A stretch of DNA of 32,000 bases, from positions 420,001-452,000 of the forward strand of contig NC_000962.3 of NCBI RefSeq assembly GCF_000195955.2. Direction: 5' to 3'. Below the pieces are notes generated by a model, which did not search any database, was not told where the DNA came from, and saw nothing but the letters and a program-made list of their open reading frames with translations. Positions within the stretch are counted from its first letter, which is position 1; every line of letters begins with the position of its first letter. Made by a program: the position numbers and the translations under genes. The stretch comes from Mycobacterium tuberculosis H37Rv (GTDB lineage Bacteria > Actinomycetota > Actinomycetes > Mycobacteriales > Mycobacteriaceae). Of this stretch, positions 28,634 through 32,000 are shown piece after piece.

Positions 28634-29385
28634 GCGCCGCCGTTCTCGTCCGCCAACGCCTTCCGGCCTCTGGGGCCGCCGCCGCGCAGCGTGGCGATCA
28701 GTTCCGCCGCAATCGACACCGCGATCTCCGCCGGAGTTTTGGCGCCGATGGCCAATCCGACCGGGGTATGCACCCGGGCCCGCTCGGCATCGGACAGGTC
28801 CAGCGAATCCAGGATGGACGCGCCGCGTACCGTGCTGGCCACCAGCCCGACATACCCAACGCCGTTATCCAGCGCCGTGCGGATGATTTCGGCTTCGGGC
28901 CCGCCGTGGCTGGCGATCACAATCGCAGTTGGCAAGGCGTCGGTGTCGGCCGGATCGGTGTCGCGGCGCGCGTCGTAGCCCAACAGGCCGCACAGTTCGA
29001 TCAACGCGTCGGCGATCGGGGTTTCGCCGTAAATCTGGATCAGCGGGGCCGGCAGCTGCGGGGTCAGGAAGATCTCCAGGGATCCGCCGGCCAGGCACGG
29101 GTTGACCACCACACACGCCCCGGGAGCTTCCGGGAAGTGCACGTCACCGTCGGGCAGCACGCGCAGCAGCACGCTCTCGCCGGCCTGCAACACGCCCATC
29201 GCCGCCTTGCGGACCGAGTTCTGCGCGCAGTGGCCGCCGACAAAGCCCTCGATGGTGCCGTCCGCCAACAGGATTGCCTCATCGCCCGGGCGGGCCGACG
29301 TGGGCTGCTGGGCCCGCACCACGGTCGCGCGCACGAACGGTGTCCGCGCGGCCACCAGCTGTGCGGCCCGGTCACTGATGGACAT
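28630..29385 (-). CDS. XdhC/CoxI-family molybdoenzyme maturation chaperone (251 aa)
   Basis: The N-terminal XdhC_CoxI-like region reads FVRATVVRAQQPTSARPGDEAILLADGTIEGFVGGHC. The C-terminal half is Rossmann-like. Confidence 0.88.
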   Translation of the reverse strand: MSISDRAAQLVAARTPFVRATVVRAQQPTSARPGDEAILLADGTIEGFVGGHCAQNSVRKAAMGVLQAGESVLLRVLPDGDVHFPEAPGACVVVNPCLAGGSLEIFLTPQLPAPLIQIYGETPIADALIELCGLLGYDARRDTDPADTDALPTAIVIASHGGPEAEIIRTALDNGVGYVGLVASTVRGASILDSLDLSDAERARVHTPVGLAIGAKTPAEIAVSIAAELIATLRGGGPRGRKALADENGGA

Positions 29386-29403
29386 CGACGCCCTCGAGCT
29401 CCC

Positions 29404-31799
<2,396 letters not shown>

Positions 31800-31803
<4 letters not shown>

Positions 31804-32000
31804 GACTGCGCCTTTACGGTCTGGTGCGCTGCCGCCCACTGAATGGAGCGCACGATCGTGGTGTATCCGGTGCACCGGCAGATCTGCCCCGAGATCGCTT
31901 CCCGGATGGTCTGCTCGTCGGGATCCGGGTTGCGGTCCAGCAGGGCGCGCGCGGTAATCAGCATTCCCGGGGTGCAGAAGCCGCATTGCAGCCCGTGGCA
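31800..32000 (-). CDS. coxS: CO dehydrogenase small [2Fe-2S] subunit: C-terminal 66 codons only, truncated by the window edge
   Basis: My own translation of the minus strand is [66 protein letters not shown]. It contains the CGFC and CRCTGY cluster-binding motifs of CoxS/XdhA-type ferredoxin subunits. This ORF is not in the supplied track because its start lies outside the window. Confidence 0.9.

Noticed and set aside
31804-31986. An N-terminal extension of coxL to an 860-aa ORF.
   Set aside because: The extension overlaps, in a different frame, the C-terminus of coxS, which carries clear CGFC/CRCTGY motifs. ATG 31803 with the ATGA stop/start overlap gives the conventional MTTIESRPP... N-terminus.

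Overview
This is a visibly GC-rich actinobacterial chromosome segment. I recognise it as Mycobacterium tuberculosis complex, H37Rv-like; from memory it is roughly H37Rv 420-452 kb, which I cannot verify here.

Content from left to right:
- The heat-shock operon dnaK(partial)-grpE-dnaJ1-hspR on the plus strand.
- A 51-bp MIRU/VNTR array that fills the whole hspR/PPE intergenic gap.
- The PPE7 fragment and the giant 3300-aa PPE-MPTR gene PPE8, which occupy about one third of the window on the minus strand.
- A hotdog-fold protein translationally coupled to purA.
- A small divergent block: Rv0358-like, an M50/S2P-like metalloprotease, a DUF3151-like protein and a membrane protein.
- mgtE, class II fba, a DedA protein and a GH76-like glycosidase.
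- A zeta-toxin-like P-loop kinase with a ParD-like partner.
- A tightly coupled minus-strand CO-dehydrogenase cluster: coxS(partial)-coxL-xdhC-like-mocA-like-coxD-coxG-coxE.

I recognised no rRNA, tRNA, CRISPR array, IS element or prophage.

I do not see a convincing brand-new multi-gene system. The observations most worth a second look are:
- PPE8, PPE7 and an unannotated tail read as one ancestral ~3.5k-aa gene broken by two compensating frameshifts.
- PPE8 has a seven-fold supermodule and recombinogenic repeat architecture.
- The zeta/ParD-like pair has a palindrome in its promoter region.
- CoxL carries a form-I signature, and CoxG has a C-terminal membrane tail.
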